A stretch of DNA of 64,000 nucleotides from IMG/VR virus record IMGVR_UViG_3300008216_002531, positions 1 to 64,000 of that record, one strand, 5' to 3'. This DNA is from a virus. Shown here piece after piece: positions 17,718 to 28,400 of this stretch (within the stretch, counting starts at the first letter, position 1; every line of letters starts with the position of its first letter). Under the pieces are notes generated by a model that saw only the letters and a list, made by a program, of their open reading frames with translations, was not told the DNA's origin and did not search any database. A program made the position numbers and the translations under genes.

Positions 17718-18730
17718 TGCCTGACTATACAGAGCTAAAAGGCTTTACTCAAATAGGTGACAACACTCTCACTTCCACAATTCAAGACAATGTCATTGAG
17801 TTTTTTGACTGGGGGCTTTTGAACAAGGGTAATTATTTTAACATAACTATACCCACTTCTGGGCAGTACGGTGGGGATAAACACAGGTTGCGTCTAGTAG
17901 ACGACCCAAACTATACCAAGGGACAGGTGTGGGAGTCTTATAGATCTAATTGGGTTTGGCAGAGCGGGATTGATCAAGTCAACGCCCCCGTTAATATATC
18001 TGGGGTTCATGTTAACGGAACGTTTCACTCCAAGACTAGCGCTGGTACTTACTCCCATCATGTAAACTATCCTTGGGGCAGGGTGGTATTTGATAGTGCT
18101 ATTTCTACCAGCAGTACTGTTACTATGGAGTATAGCCATAAGTGGGTAAATGTTACTTATGCCAACAGTGTTCCGTGGTTTAGAGAATTGCAGTCAAGAT
18201 CGATGCGTGTAGATAGCTCGCATTTTCTACAAGATGCATCTGGTGATTGGTCGCAACTGGCCGGTTCTAGATTTCAGCTACCGGCCATAGCGGTTGAAAT
18301 GGTTCCCCGTAGAACATTTAAGCCGTATCAATTGGGGGGTGGTCAATATGTAACTACAGATGTTTTATTTCATATTTATGCGGAAGATGAATACACAAGA
18401 GATAAGCTGGTTGATATAGTTTCGCTACAGGACGACAAAACAATATACATGTTTGACACCAACAGGATGACAACAGACAGCAGATTTCCTCTTGACTATC
18501 GGGGGGCTAAGGCTTCAGGAGCTTTAACATACCCGGATCTAGTGAGGCCCAGCGGATCTTCTTATGGGGACGGGACTTTTAATGCTGGATTTAGACCCGG
18601 TAGAAACACAAATAAACCGGACAGACTTAGATTTACCAATACAAGAAGTCAAGAGATGAGTATGCTTAATCCATCGTTGTATAGTGGATTAGTTCGCTGT
18701 GGAGCAGAAGTAATTATGCCGGGAATCTAG
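17717..18730 (+). CDS. Putative tail terminator
   Basis: QLPAIAVE..YQLGG..DVLFHIYAE..RDKLVD pattern; directly before the tail tube. Confidence 0.55.
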   Translation: MPDYTELKGFTQIGDNTLTSTIQDNVIEFFDWGLLNKGNYFNITIPTSGQYGGDKHRLRLVDDPNYTKGQVWESYRSNWVWQSGIDQVNAPVNISGVHVNGTFHSKTSAGTYSHHVNYPWGRVVFDSAISTSSTVTMEYSHKWVNVTYANSVPWFRELQSRSMRVDSSHFLQDASGDWSQLAGSRFQLPAIAVEMVPRRTFKPYQLGGGQYVTTDVLFHIYAEDEYTRDKLVDIVSLQDDKTIYMFDTNRMTTDSRFPLDYRGAKASGALTYPDLVRPSGSSYGDGTFNAGFRPGRNTNKPDRLRFTNTRSQEMSMLNPSLYSGLVRCGAEVIMPGI

Positions 18731-18736
18731 CTTTTT

Positions 18737-18747
18737 TGGTGTATAAT
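18737..18747 (+). promoter_or_regulatory. Putative late promoter TGGTGTATAAT
   Basis: Intergenic before the major tail gene. Confidence 0.75.
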
Positions 18748-18800
18748 AGTATAGCTAGCATTTCTGGATATTCAGAAAGACACTAAGGAGAAATTTTCAA

Positions 18801-19877
18801 ATGCCAAATAATAGAAGAGTATTTTGGGCCGTACAAGGTGTAGTAATTGGTGAGATGGGTGAAAACACCATTAATACTACATGGCCTTATAATGACAAAA
18901 CCAAGTTGAATCCCGTCAAGGGGTTACAGAGTGTTGGTATTACCACCACCTTTAACCTTGAACAAGTCTTTGAAATGGGCCAGTTGTCCTTATACGAAAA
19001 CCTTGAAGAGGTTCCCGACGTTGAAGTCACCCTTGAAAAGGTTCTTGACGGCTACCCCTTGCTTTACCACTTGGCCACCAGTAACCCCAGTGTTGCCACT
19101 GGTACTGATACATTAGTTGGTAGATCAACAGAGCGATGCGACTTGCGCATGGGTGTTTATTCAGACACCGCCAGCAAAGCGGGCGCTGTCAACCCCCAGT
19201 CAGAAGTTTATTGTTCTGGCATGTATGTGTCTTCAATCAGCTACACTGTTCCAGTAGACGGAAACGCTACTGAATCGTGTACTTTGGTTGGAAACCACAA
19301 GCAGTGGTATTCTGCTGCTGCCGGTGCTATTGATAACGCTGATTTAGGCTTTGGTTCAGAGTCTGCACCGTCTGGCACTACAAGGCGCCAGCACATCAAT
19401 TTGACCGCGAGTAAGCTACCAACGGACATTCCCGGTGTAGGTTCTGATGGTCAGATGGATAGCTATGATGGGGATATTCAAAATAAACCCTTTGCTCACA
19501 TTCAGAACCTTACGGTAAGTGCCGACCTTGGTAGAGAAGCCATTAGCGAGCTAGGCCACAAAGATCCGTATCATAGATTTGTGAGTTGGCCTGTAGAAGT
19601 TACCTGTGAATTTGAAATCGTAACTGGTTCTGGCGACTTTGTTAATGCTCAGCCGCATGCAACTAATCTAGCAGATCAAACAATCAGAATTAATCTTTCT
19701 GGTGTTGCAAGCGCCGGTGGTGGCGCTGGTGTGGTTTTGGATCTTGGTTCCAAGAACAAGTTAACGAGTGTTTCATACAGTGGTGCGGATACCGGTGGTG
19801 GAAATGCCACTACCTCATTCTCTTACTCCACATTTAACGATTTGACAGTATTCCAAGTTCGTAATCCAACGAACTAG
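18801..19877 (+). CDS. Major tail (tube) protein
   Basis: GLQSVGITTTFNLEQVFEMGQ; internal second repeat IQNLTVSADLGREAISELG; own promoter, strong RBS, downstream hairpin. Confidence 0.72.
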   Translation: MPNNRRVFWAVQGVVIGEMGENTINTTWPYNDKTKLNPVKGLQSVGITTTFNLEQVFEMGQLSLYENLEEVPDVEVTLEKVLDGYPLLYHLATSNPSVATGTDTLVGRSTERCDLRMGVYSDTASKAGAVNPQSEVYCSGMYVSSISYTVPVDGNATESCTLVGNHKQWYSAAAGAIDNADLGFGSESAPSGTTRRQHINLTASKLPTDIPGVGSDGQMDSYDGDIQNKPFAHIQNLTVSADLGREAISELGHKDPYHRFVSWPVEVTCEFEIVTGSGDFVNAQPHATNLADQTIRINLSGVASAGGGAGVVLDLGSKNKLTSVSYSGADTGGGNATTSFSYSTFNDLTVFQVRNPTN

Positions 19878-19886
19878 TTATTAGCA

Positions 19887-19997
19887 GACATCGGGGGGCG
19901 CTTTGGCGCCCCCTTGTGTCAGCGTTATTTTGCGATAGCCACTGCGTTGCAGTCACATAGGATAATTAAAAAGGCAAGTAAACGACGCTGACTTTTT
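19887..19997 (+). terminator. Tandem stem-loops after the tail tube gene (terminator or processing element)
   Basis: GGGGGCGC-TTTG-GCGCCCCC (19894-19913); GTCAGCGT (19918-25) pairs with ACGCTGAC (19985-92), followed by T5. Confidence 0.6.
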
Positions 19998-20072
19998 GGG
20001 AACTTATATTAGGAGACGGTATGTATACGGACAGAATATTCCCGCTTGAATTTCATAGGGCATTGTAATGCA

Positions 20073-21092
20073 ATGGAATTACGAGACCGGGAATTTTTTG
20101 TATACCAGATAAGCGCAGGATATATTAAATATCGCACTGAAAATCTAGTTTTGTATATACATGAACCAAATTTGGACGAATGTTACAGCGCTCAAGAAGT
20201 TTATAATCAAGCGTATGAAGAGGCCGAGTTTGAGCGAGTCTATACCACTGAAGAGATGTTGGACGTTCTAAGAAAAAATGAATTGTGGAGCGACAAAGAC
20301 GAGACTATTCTTAAAGGACTGCCGAAAGAGATTGAAGACTTTAAAGTCAAAATGTTTGAAAATTTGATGAAAACAAAAACACGAGAAAGTCTTAGAGGAC
20401 ATCTAACAAAAGCTAAAAAACAATTTGAAGAGACTATTAATAAAAAACATGCCTATGATCTTTACACCTGTTCAGGATACGCTTCATACGCAAGAGCATG
20501 CTGGATAGTAGAACATTGCACGAGATTGGAAGGTGGAGTTGTCTATAATTGGAAAGATGTTGGTCTGGCCGAAGTTATGAGTTTTGCACAACAATCACGC
20601 CCATCGGAAGAACAAATCAGGGAGATAGCCAAAACGGACCCCTTTAGAACTTGCTGGGGAGCCTCTAAGGAGAAAACATTTAGCCAAAGAGGGGTCGAAC
20701 TTACAGATGTCCAAAAAGGCTTAATACTGTGGTCAAAATTATACGATGGAATACATGAAAATCCAGATTGCCCTTCGGACGATGTTGTACAAGACGACGA
20801 CCTTTTTGACGGATGGTTAATCCACGAGCGTCGAAAAAGAGAAACTGAAAAAAATAAAAATAGCGCGGAAGCATACGACATGGATGCAGACGAAGTGTTT
20901 ATTCCAGTAGAAACAAGCGAAGATCAAAACCGAGTTGATGGCTTGAATGATCCAACATCCCAGATGGTGATAAAACAAAGACACAATCAAATTCAAGAAG
21001 GTGAGTCCCTTAAGCATGGTGATCTGACTGATGTAAGAAGAGATTTGCAAGTACAGGCTAACGAGCAATACAAAAATAACGTAAGGGGATAG
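20073..21092 (+). CDS. Hypothetical protein (candidate tail assembly chaperone)
   Basis: Between tube and tape measure; helical; start refined to ATG 20073. Confidence 0.55.
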   Translation: MELRDREFFVYQISAGYIKYRTENLVLYIHEPNLDECYSAQEVYNQAYEEAEFERVYTTEEMLDVLRKNELWSDKDETILKGLPKEIEDFKVKMFENLMKTKTRESLRGHLTKAKKQFEETINKKHAYDLYTCSGYASYARACWIVEHCTRLEGGVVYNWKDVGLAEVMSFAQQSRPSEEQIREIAKTDPFRTCWGASKEKTFSQRGVELTDVQKGLILWSKLYDGIHENPDCPSDDVVQDDDLFDGWLIHERRKRETEKNKNSAEAYDMDADEVFIPVETSEDQNRVDGLNDPTSQMVIKQRHNQIQEGESLKHGDLTDVRRDLQVQANEQYKNNVRG

Positions 21093-21094
21093 GA

Positions 21095-21493
21095 ATGACA
21101 CAGTCGGAATACAACTATGACGATTTAATAAGATCGTCTCGGACATATAAAACAAATAAAGAAGATAAATACAAAGAAAGCTCGAAAGAGAAGCTTTATA
21201 AAATCGCTAAGAAAAAAATAGAAACTACTATGATAGGGGCTTTAAGCACCGTCGAAAAACACTTAGGATTTTTATGGGGTCACGATTCTCAAGAAGATCT
21301 TAGTCCTGAAGAACAGCATATTAAATCTATCTATGATATGATAAGATCTGAAATATTGGATAAAGGAAACAGCCAAATAAGAAACTTGGAATCTGAGATG
21401 TCTCATTACGAAATCAAATGGTTAAGATACCATATGAATTTACCATTAATGTCGATGGATCTAAAGGAGGAAGCCACCAATGGCGAAGATTAA
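21095..21493 (+). CDS. Hypothetical protein
   Basis: 132 aa coupled ORF in the tail region. Confidence 0.6.
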   Translation: MTQSEYNYDDLIRSSRTYKTNKEDKYKESSKEKLYKIAKKKIETTMIGALSTVEKHLGFLWGHDSQEDLSPEEQHIKSIYDMIRSEILDKGNSQIRNLESEMSHYEIKWLRYHMNLPLMSMDLKEEATNGED

Positions 21494-22361
21494 TAAACAG
21501 TTGGTTACAGGCAAGGATAACGACGGTAAGAAGCAAACCGTTGCTGTTATAAAGCCAAGACCCACACACACCAGAGAAAGTCAAAAGGTCTATAACAGAG
21601 TGTTTAGAGACGCCCTAGAGTCTGGAGCACTGTTGAGACAAAAGCTAGGCTCTTATATGGAAGAGCAGGGTCTGTGGAATGACGACAAGCAAAAAGAGTA
21701 CGATAAAACGCTTACGGCCATTCTAGATAAAGAAAAGACCCTAAAGAAGGGCGGGATCAAGCTGTCTGAGGCCAAGGATATGGCTATTCAAATGGCCGAA
21801 GATAGAGTGGCTCTGAGAGATCTAATCTCTGAAAAAACAATGATGGACGCCAATACGGCTGAAGGCCAAGCCGACAATACTAGGTTTAATTATTTGATGG
21901 CGTGTTGTATTGTTGATCCAGACACTGGGAAGCCTATTTTTGCTGACGAAGATGGCAACCCCAGTCTTGAAGCTTATGAAGAATCTGCTGATAATGAGTA
22001 CATTGCCGATGCTGCTAGCAAGCTGGCAGAAATGATGTACGGTCTGGACGATGATTATGAAGCCAACCTTCCAGAAAATAAGTTTCTCAAGAAGTTTAAT
22101 TTTGTGAACGATGATCTAAAATTGGTTAATGAAGAAGGCCAGCTAGTAGACACAGAAGGAAGACTGGTTAACAAGGATGGTAGGTTTATTAACAAAGATG
22201 GTGACTTTATAGATATAGAAGGAAATCCCGTCAGCGAAGACGGTGAGTATATAGTTGACGAACAGCCGTTTTTGGATGACGACGGCAACGTGTTGGTTGT
22301 GGAGGAAAAAACAAAGAAAAAAAGGACTTCAAAAAAAACACAAGAAACTAGTGCTTCGTAA
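21480..22361 (+). CDS. Candidate tail assembly chaperone with 7-aa repeats
   Basis: AGGAGG RBS; repeats LVNEEGQ/LVDTEGR/LVNKDGR/FINKDGD/FIDIEGN/PVSEDGE; directly before the tape measure. Confidence 0.55.
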   Translation: MAKINKQLVTGKDNDGKKQTVAVIKPRPTHTRESQKVYNRVFRDALESGALLRQKLGSYMEEQGLWNDDKQKEYDKTLTAILDKEKTLKKGGIKLSEAKDMAIQMAEDRVALRDLISEKTMMDANTAEGQADNTRFNYLMACCIVDPDTGKPIFADEDGNPSLEAYEESADNEYIADAASKLAEMMYGLDDDYEANLPENKFLKKFNFVNDDLKLVNEEGQLVDTEGRLVNKDGRFINKDGDFIDIEGNPVSEDGEYIVDEQPFLDDDGNVLVVEEKTKKKRTSKKTQETSAS

Positions 22362-22372
22362 GTAACGGATAA

Positions 22373-22423
22373 GTGGGTTGCTGGATAGTGTTATCTTTTG
22401 CACTACCGGTACACCCATTTTTT
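22373..22423 (+). terminator. Imperfect hairpin plus T6 (attenuator-like) before the tape measure
   Basis: GTGGGT/ACCCAT, GCTGG/CCGGT and TAGTG/CACTA pairings, then TTTTTT. Confidence 0.55.
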
Positions 22424-22436
22424 AATAGAGGTAGCA

Positions 22437-25400
22437 ATGGCCACTCCCTTCGTTTTAACGGCTAGAATTCAGACCGCCCTTGATACCGGTTCTCTCACGA
22501 GGGTCGTCAATCGGATAAGAAGAGAGATGGCGGCTAGACCGATTGAGTTAAAAGTCGTGGTGGATGATGCCCGCTTGAGGAGGCTGGCGACCGAACTGGG
22601 GACAGTTGATGCGTCCGCAAGAAAAGCTCAGGCTGGCATGGCTGGGTTTGCCAATTCGGTTAAACTCGCCGCTACGCGCTTCATGGCCTTCACTCTTGCT
22701 GCTTCGGTCATGATTAAGTTGTCCATGGCCTTTAGAGAGGGGTTTAAACAAGCCGCTGAGTTTGATAGAGAAATAGTCAGATTAACTCAGGTAACCGGTA
22801 AAAGCGCCCAAGGATTAAAACCGCTTGTCAGGGAGATTACAAATCTAAGTGAAAGTCTAGGAGTCTCTTCCTTAAAAATGGTCGAGATGAGTAGAATATT
22901 AGCCCAAACAGGAATGAGCGCTAAAGACACCGCCATTGCCTTGAAAGCTATAGCAAAAACAGAGCTAGCCCCCACGTTTTCTGATATAAAAAAGACTGCT
23001 GAAGGCGCTATCGCCGCCATGCGCCAGTTTAATATAGAAGCCAAAGATCTTGAGGCTACTCTTGGCGCTATTAACGCTGTTTCAAAGCGGTTTGCTGTTG
23101 AATCTGATGATATTATTACAGCTATTAGACGGACGGGTGGTGTATTTCAGGCTGCCGGTGGGCAGATAAACGAGCTTATAGCTATCTTTACCTCTGTTCG
23201 CGCCACCACTCGTGAAACCGCAGAGACCATCGCTACTGGTCTGCGTACTATCTTTACCAGAATTCAACGCCCCAAAACCATTAAATTCTTGAGGCAGTTT
23301 GGTATTGAACTTACTGACTTGCAAGGTAAATTTGTTGGCCCCATGGAGGCAATACGTAGACTGAGTGTTTCTCTAAGAGGCATGGAAACTACAGATCTAC
23401 AGTTTGGAAGAATCATTGAACAGCTTGGTGGCTTTCGTCAGGTTGGCAAAGTAATTCCAATGATTACAAAGCACGAAACAGCGGTTAAAGCTTTGGCTGT
23501 TGCTCAGGGTGGGGCGAATTCGCTAACCATAGATGCGGCAAAAGCACAAAAAGCCTTGCTTGTTCAGGTGGAAAAAGTTAAGGAAGAGTTCCACGATATG
23601 ATGCGCAAGATGTTGGCCAGCGAAGGTTTCAAGGCGATGATTTCGATGACCTTGAAGCTTGCATCCGCCATGATCAAGCTGGTTGAAAGTCTTGAGCCTG
23701 TACTCCCCATGCTCATGGCCTTATCCGCTATAAAACTTGGCGGCATGGCCATGGGTGGAATAGGGCGAATGAGGGTTGGGGGAATGGCTAAGGGTGGTGT
23801 TGTTCCCGGTGTGGGAAATAGAGACACTGTTCCAGCAGTTTTAACTCCCGGTGAATTTGTTATCAAGAAGAGTTCTGCTAAAAAGCTCGGGTATGATAAT
23901 CTTTCAGGTATGAACAAGTATGCCAAGGGCGGCGTAATTCATGCGACTGGTAAATTTGGTGGGATGTTTATTGATCCACACCTCATGGAAGATACGCCTG
24001 CAAAGGGGGCCTCGTATGCGGGGCCGCTAAGAGGGGCGCCTGCTCTAGCTAATAAAATTAATGCTGGCGCGATTCGTAAACAAGGAAAAGGTCGCGCTAC
24101 TCAAGTCGGGGCCGCGCTGGGAGCAAAACAGCGACTGGAGTTTCCGGGTGGTGGTCAGGAGCAGATGCTTAGGAGCTTGTCGCGACACAATCCCGAGGCT
24201 TATGCTGCTCTGTTGACCAATAGGGGAATAAAGGCTGGTTCGAGCTTGGCAGCGGTTGCAAAAGCGGCCCCCTTAACCGGCATGAGTGGAGGCGCGCTTG
24301 GAAAGTTTGGCTTCGGAAAGAAACAGATAGCATTATCTATGCAGCGAGCCGGTCTTTTTACCGGGGGTGCTCATTCAGGGACGTTAGCGGAGAGATCAAA
24401 AGTCAAAAACAAACAGGGGCAGGTTACGCCAGCCGATTTAACAAGTGGCGTAGTGAAGATGATGGGTGATCCGTTCCTGTTTGGGGTTAGTTCTGTTACA
24501 AGGAAGGACTTTGCGGATAAGTATAAGCTACATACGGACCAAATGCTTCAAGACTTTGCTAAAAATACCCTCCCACCCGCGTTGGTAGAAAATATTAAAC
24601 AGAGGGCTGGTGGCAAGTCGGTCGAAGGACACATGTTTGAGGCGTATTTATTGGCTAAATCAGGGCAGGGGGCGATCTCTACCGATTCTTCTGAAGATTT
24701 TGATTTTTTGAAAGGTATGATTACTCAGGATTTGGCATCACTGTTTGGCGATCCTATGGGAACGCAACTGAAGGGGTTTTCTGCTTTAGACGCAAAAAGA
24801 ACAAAGGGCGGGACCGCTGTTTCGTCTCTTGTTAAAAAGGCTATGAATACTTTTGCTTCTATGGGGAAAGTATCAGGTTTGAACTTGCAGTTTACACCCG
24901 GTCCCGGCGATTTTGGGAAGAATACTGCTCCATTCATGCTGGCGGCTACTGGTGGTTCTGTTGGAAGTGGAAGTGACACAGTCCCCGCCCTTCTCACACC
25001 CGGCGAGTTTGTGATTAATAAAAAGTCTGCTAGTAGAATTGGATTAGGCACTTTGAGCAGTATGAATCGCTATGCTGCTGGTGGTGTCGTTACAAGCGGT
25101 AGGCATAATTACGGCGTGATGCCCGGCGGCCCAGCGCCGCCTCTCCCCCCCACATCACCAGCCGGACCCGGAACCGGCAGTGGCGGTGGCGGTGGCGGTA
25201 TGGGCGGCATGGGTATGATGATGATGCTGACGATGATACCAGCGTTGATACCACAACTAACAGAGCTAGGGGGAGCCACCGAGGAAACCACTCAGCAGGT
25301 TCAAGACTTTAGTGGCATTATGATGGGTGCCACCATGGGCTTGATGTTGTTTGGGGATAAACTAATGACGGCTGGCGGTGGAATAGCAGCGGGTGGTCTT

Positions 25401-28400
25401 CTGATTACTGCTGCCGCTGTCGCATGGGCGCACTCGCAAGAAAAGGCTGCCGCAAGAGCCAAGGAGGCGGCTATTAAAAGTGGTAATCGCTCAGTGGCTA
25501 TGGCAAAAGCAGAGGAAGAAGCTAGGGCTGCGGAGGGCAAAAAAATGGGGGCGGTGGTTGGGGTGGTATTCACGGCATTGGCACTCTTGGGCAAGGGGCT
25601 TATCGTAGCGGCGGCGGCTATAGTTGGTTGGCCCGTTGTGATTATTGGTCTGATAGCTGCCGGACTTGCTGCTGCTTTTGGTGGAGTAGAATTAGGCAAA
25701 ACCTTGGCTGACGCAGAGGCAGAAGCGGCTAAGAAAATGGTGATCGCAAGAATGGACGCTATTGATGCCACAAAGAAGTTTGCCGAGGGCATGAGGAATA
25801 TTGAGAAACAGATTAAATCTGGTAATTTAGCTGCGGCGTCAGCAGGATTTGTTACCGAAGTTACGGAGCTATCGAAAGCGATAGAGAAAGCTAAGCGTTC
25901 TGGAATGAGTCTTGATAGCGAAGAGTTATCCACGATGACCGACAGAATGTCTGATGCGGGAGCCGCAACGGCAACACATTTGTCTAGACTTGCAGTGGAA
26001 GCAGCTAAAGCGGGCGGAGATATTGGGCTTGTTATTGGGTCGAACAAAGAACTGATACAAGCTCACGGAACGGCGAAGTCCGCAGTCATGGCTCTTGCAG
26101 CAGCGCAACTTAGAGCATCGGCCATAGCTATGCCATCGGGAACCGCAAAGGAGAGGAAAGCGCAAAATGCGGCCCTTAAGAGGGCTTCAGATATGGACGT
26201 AAAGGCGGCTATGATTAGGTTTGACGCCGAGAAGGACATAAAGGCCCAGATGAAAGCAGATTTCGAGCAGCAGAAAAGACATACGGAGGCCCTAAAGGCC
26301 AATACAGCGCTGTTCCTTCATCAGGCAAGAATTGTAAATGATTTGGGAACTGTTATGACGGCGCTGAGTGTTGCAACAATGGAAGCTGCCGACACCATGA
26401 GGGGGATTTCTGCGGCGGCTTCATTGGGAATGGGCAAAGTGGGAGCGACCAAACTCAAAGGAACGCGAGGAAAAATGCTTAGTGGGAATCTTGCTGATGC
26501 CGATACAGCGGAATATGCAAATTTGCTGAATCAGTTGTTTGCGCCATTAGGTCAACTGGGGGCTACTATTGGCAAAGAACTGACCCAAGCACAGGATGCT
26601 TTTTCTGGAGCGTCAGAATTTGTGGTGCAACACACTGACGCAAAGACGGGACAAATGATGAAGGGCTGGGAGGGGAAGTTGAAAAAACACCTTGGGAATG
26701 TCCCAGCAGCGCTTAAGGAAAAGATCCTAACATCTATCAAAGATATCGAAGGGCCGAAAACGCCACAAAAGATTAAAGAAGCGCTAAAGGAAGCTGAAGG
26801 TTATCTTGACCCTGTGAAGAAACAGGCGATGGAACTATACAAGTTGCAACTTGATCATGTGAATAGATTAAATTCTGCTTACGACAAACAGAGAAAATTA
26901 TTGGGAGCTATGGCAAAAAGCCAGAAGGACTGGGTCAGTCACGGATTCAAAGCCATGGCTGTTATGAGAAAACACATGGGGATGGAAAGTAGTCTGGCGC
27001 TTGCGCAGGGACAACATGCAGCCGAGCAGCAGGCTATCTTGGGTCAGGCGGGGCTTGGGGGTTTGGGTGGCAATATTGCGGTAATGGGAAATCATTTACG
27101 AAATACCAACAAAAAGATAGTTGCGGCTGAAAAAAGCTTGGAGGGCATGGTAGGAGATCCGACTAAAGCGGGATTAGCTGCTGATAACTTAGCCAGACTT
27201 AAAAATGAGTCTGAGACTTTGACCAAAGCTCTTAAGCACGCTGGCAATATGGCTGGTCAAAGGGCGGTGATTGAAGAGAAAATAGCCAAGGCTAAGGCAG
27301 AAAGGGAGACCAGAAAAGGCTTGCTTGAAGAATTTACGTTTGGTTCTGGAAAAGAAAGAGGAAAACTGGCGAAAGACCTCAAGGTAACCCAGTTTGCTGC
27401 TGCTGTTGGTGACATGGATAAGATTCCGGGTAAACTGCGCGGCACTGTTCTAAAAACTCTAGACAGGTTTAAAGACACTCTTATTCCCGGCTCTGGGGGT
27501 AGGACTGGAGAGGAAGTTAAAAACCAGTTGATGGCCAGACAAGCCCAGAAGATGGGGGCCAGTCCGCAACAAATCCAGCGAATCTTGATGCGCGGTCGAG
27601 AAGAAGAGATGCTTATTGCCATGCTTGGTCAATTATTTATGGCAGAATCAGCAGCTAGAATGGAACTTATGAAGACTCAGAAGGATATGCACATAGTGCT
27701 GACTAATGATATTCAGAAATTGCATATGGATTTTGTTAACAAGCTTACGCAAGTTTTACAGCAGATTCAGGGCGGTGGTGCTGCTGGTGCTCGTGGTAAT
27801 GTTAACGCTGGCCGTCAGTTTCCCGGCGGCGCTCCCGTCGGCGCGGGTGGAGCATGGGTTCCTGTGGTTGGTGGGCAGGGTGTGGCCGGAGGGGGAACGG
27901 CCGGGCAGCGAGCGGGACGAATTCAGGCAAACCAAGCCCGTGCTAATGCTAGAGCGGCACAAGAAGAGGCTGATAAAGCCGCAGCCGAAAAGAAGGCGGC
28001 GGATGAGCGTAAAGATGCGGCGGATAAAGCAAAAGAGAAAGCCGACCGCGATCTGGCTGTTTCGGTGGAGGCAGCGAGACAGAGAGCGGCGGCAAATACG
28101 TATGATGCAGTTCGGGCCAGACAGCGACAACGGAGACCGGGTGAGAGTCCGGTTGATGCTCACTTTCGAAACCTTAGAGAAGGGAATCCCGGTCCCGGTG
28201 GCTACAGGGCTGCCGGTGGCGTAATATACGCCCAAGGAGGATTCCAAGCGCGGGGTACTGACACTGTTCCCGCAATGTTAACTCCCGGTGAGTTTGTTAT
28301 CAGGAAATCTTCTGCTCAAAAGATAGGTTATGGCAATCTACATTCTATAAATCGCTATGATCAGGGTGGGAAAGTTCACAAACACCCACACTCCGGGCGC

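Noticed and set aside
18801-19877. Contractile tail sheath interpretation
   Set aside because: Size and motifs fit a tube protein; no sheath or baseplate wedge gene was recognised.
22300-22440. Programmed frameshift from the tail chaperone (A-runs near 22306-22338)
   Set aside because: A-runs are explained by Lys codons; no substantial alternative-frame ORF lies before the TMP.
25120-25240. Pro/Gly/Met low-complexity tract in the TMP
   Set aside because: Ordinary linker before the TM segments; no DNA-level repeat array.
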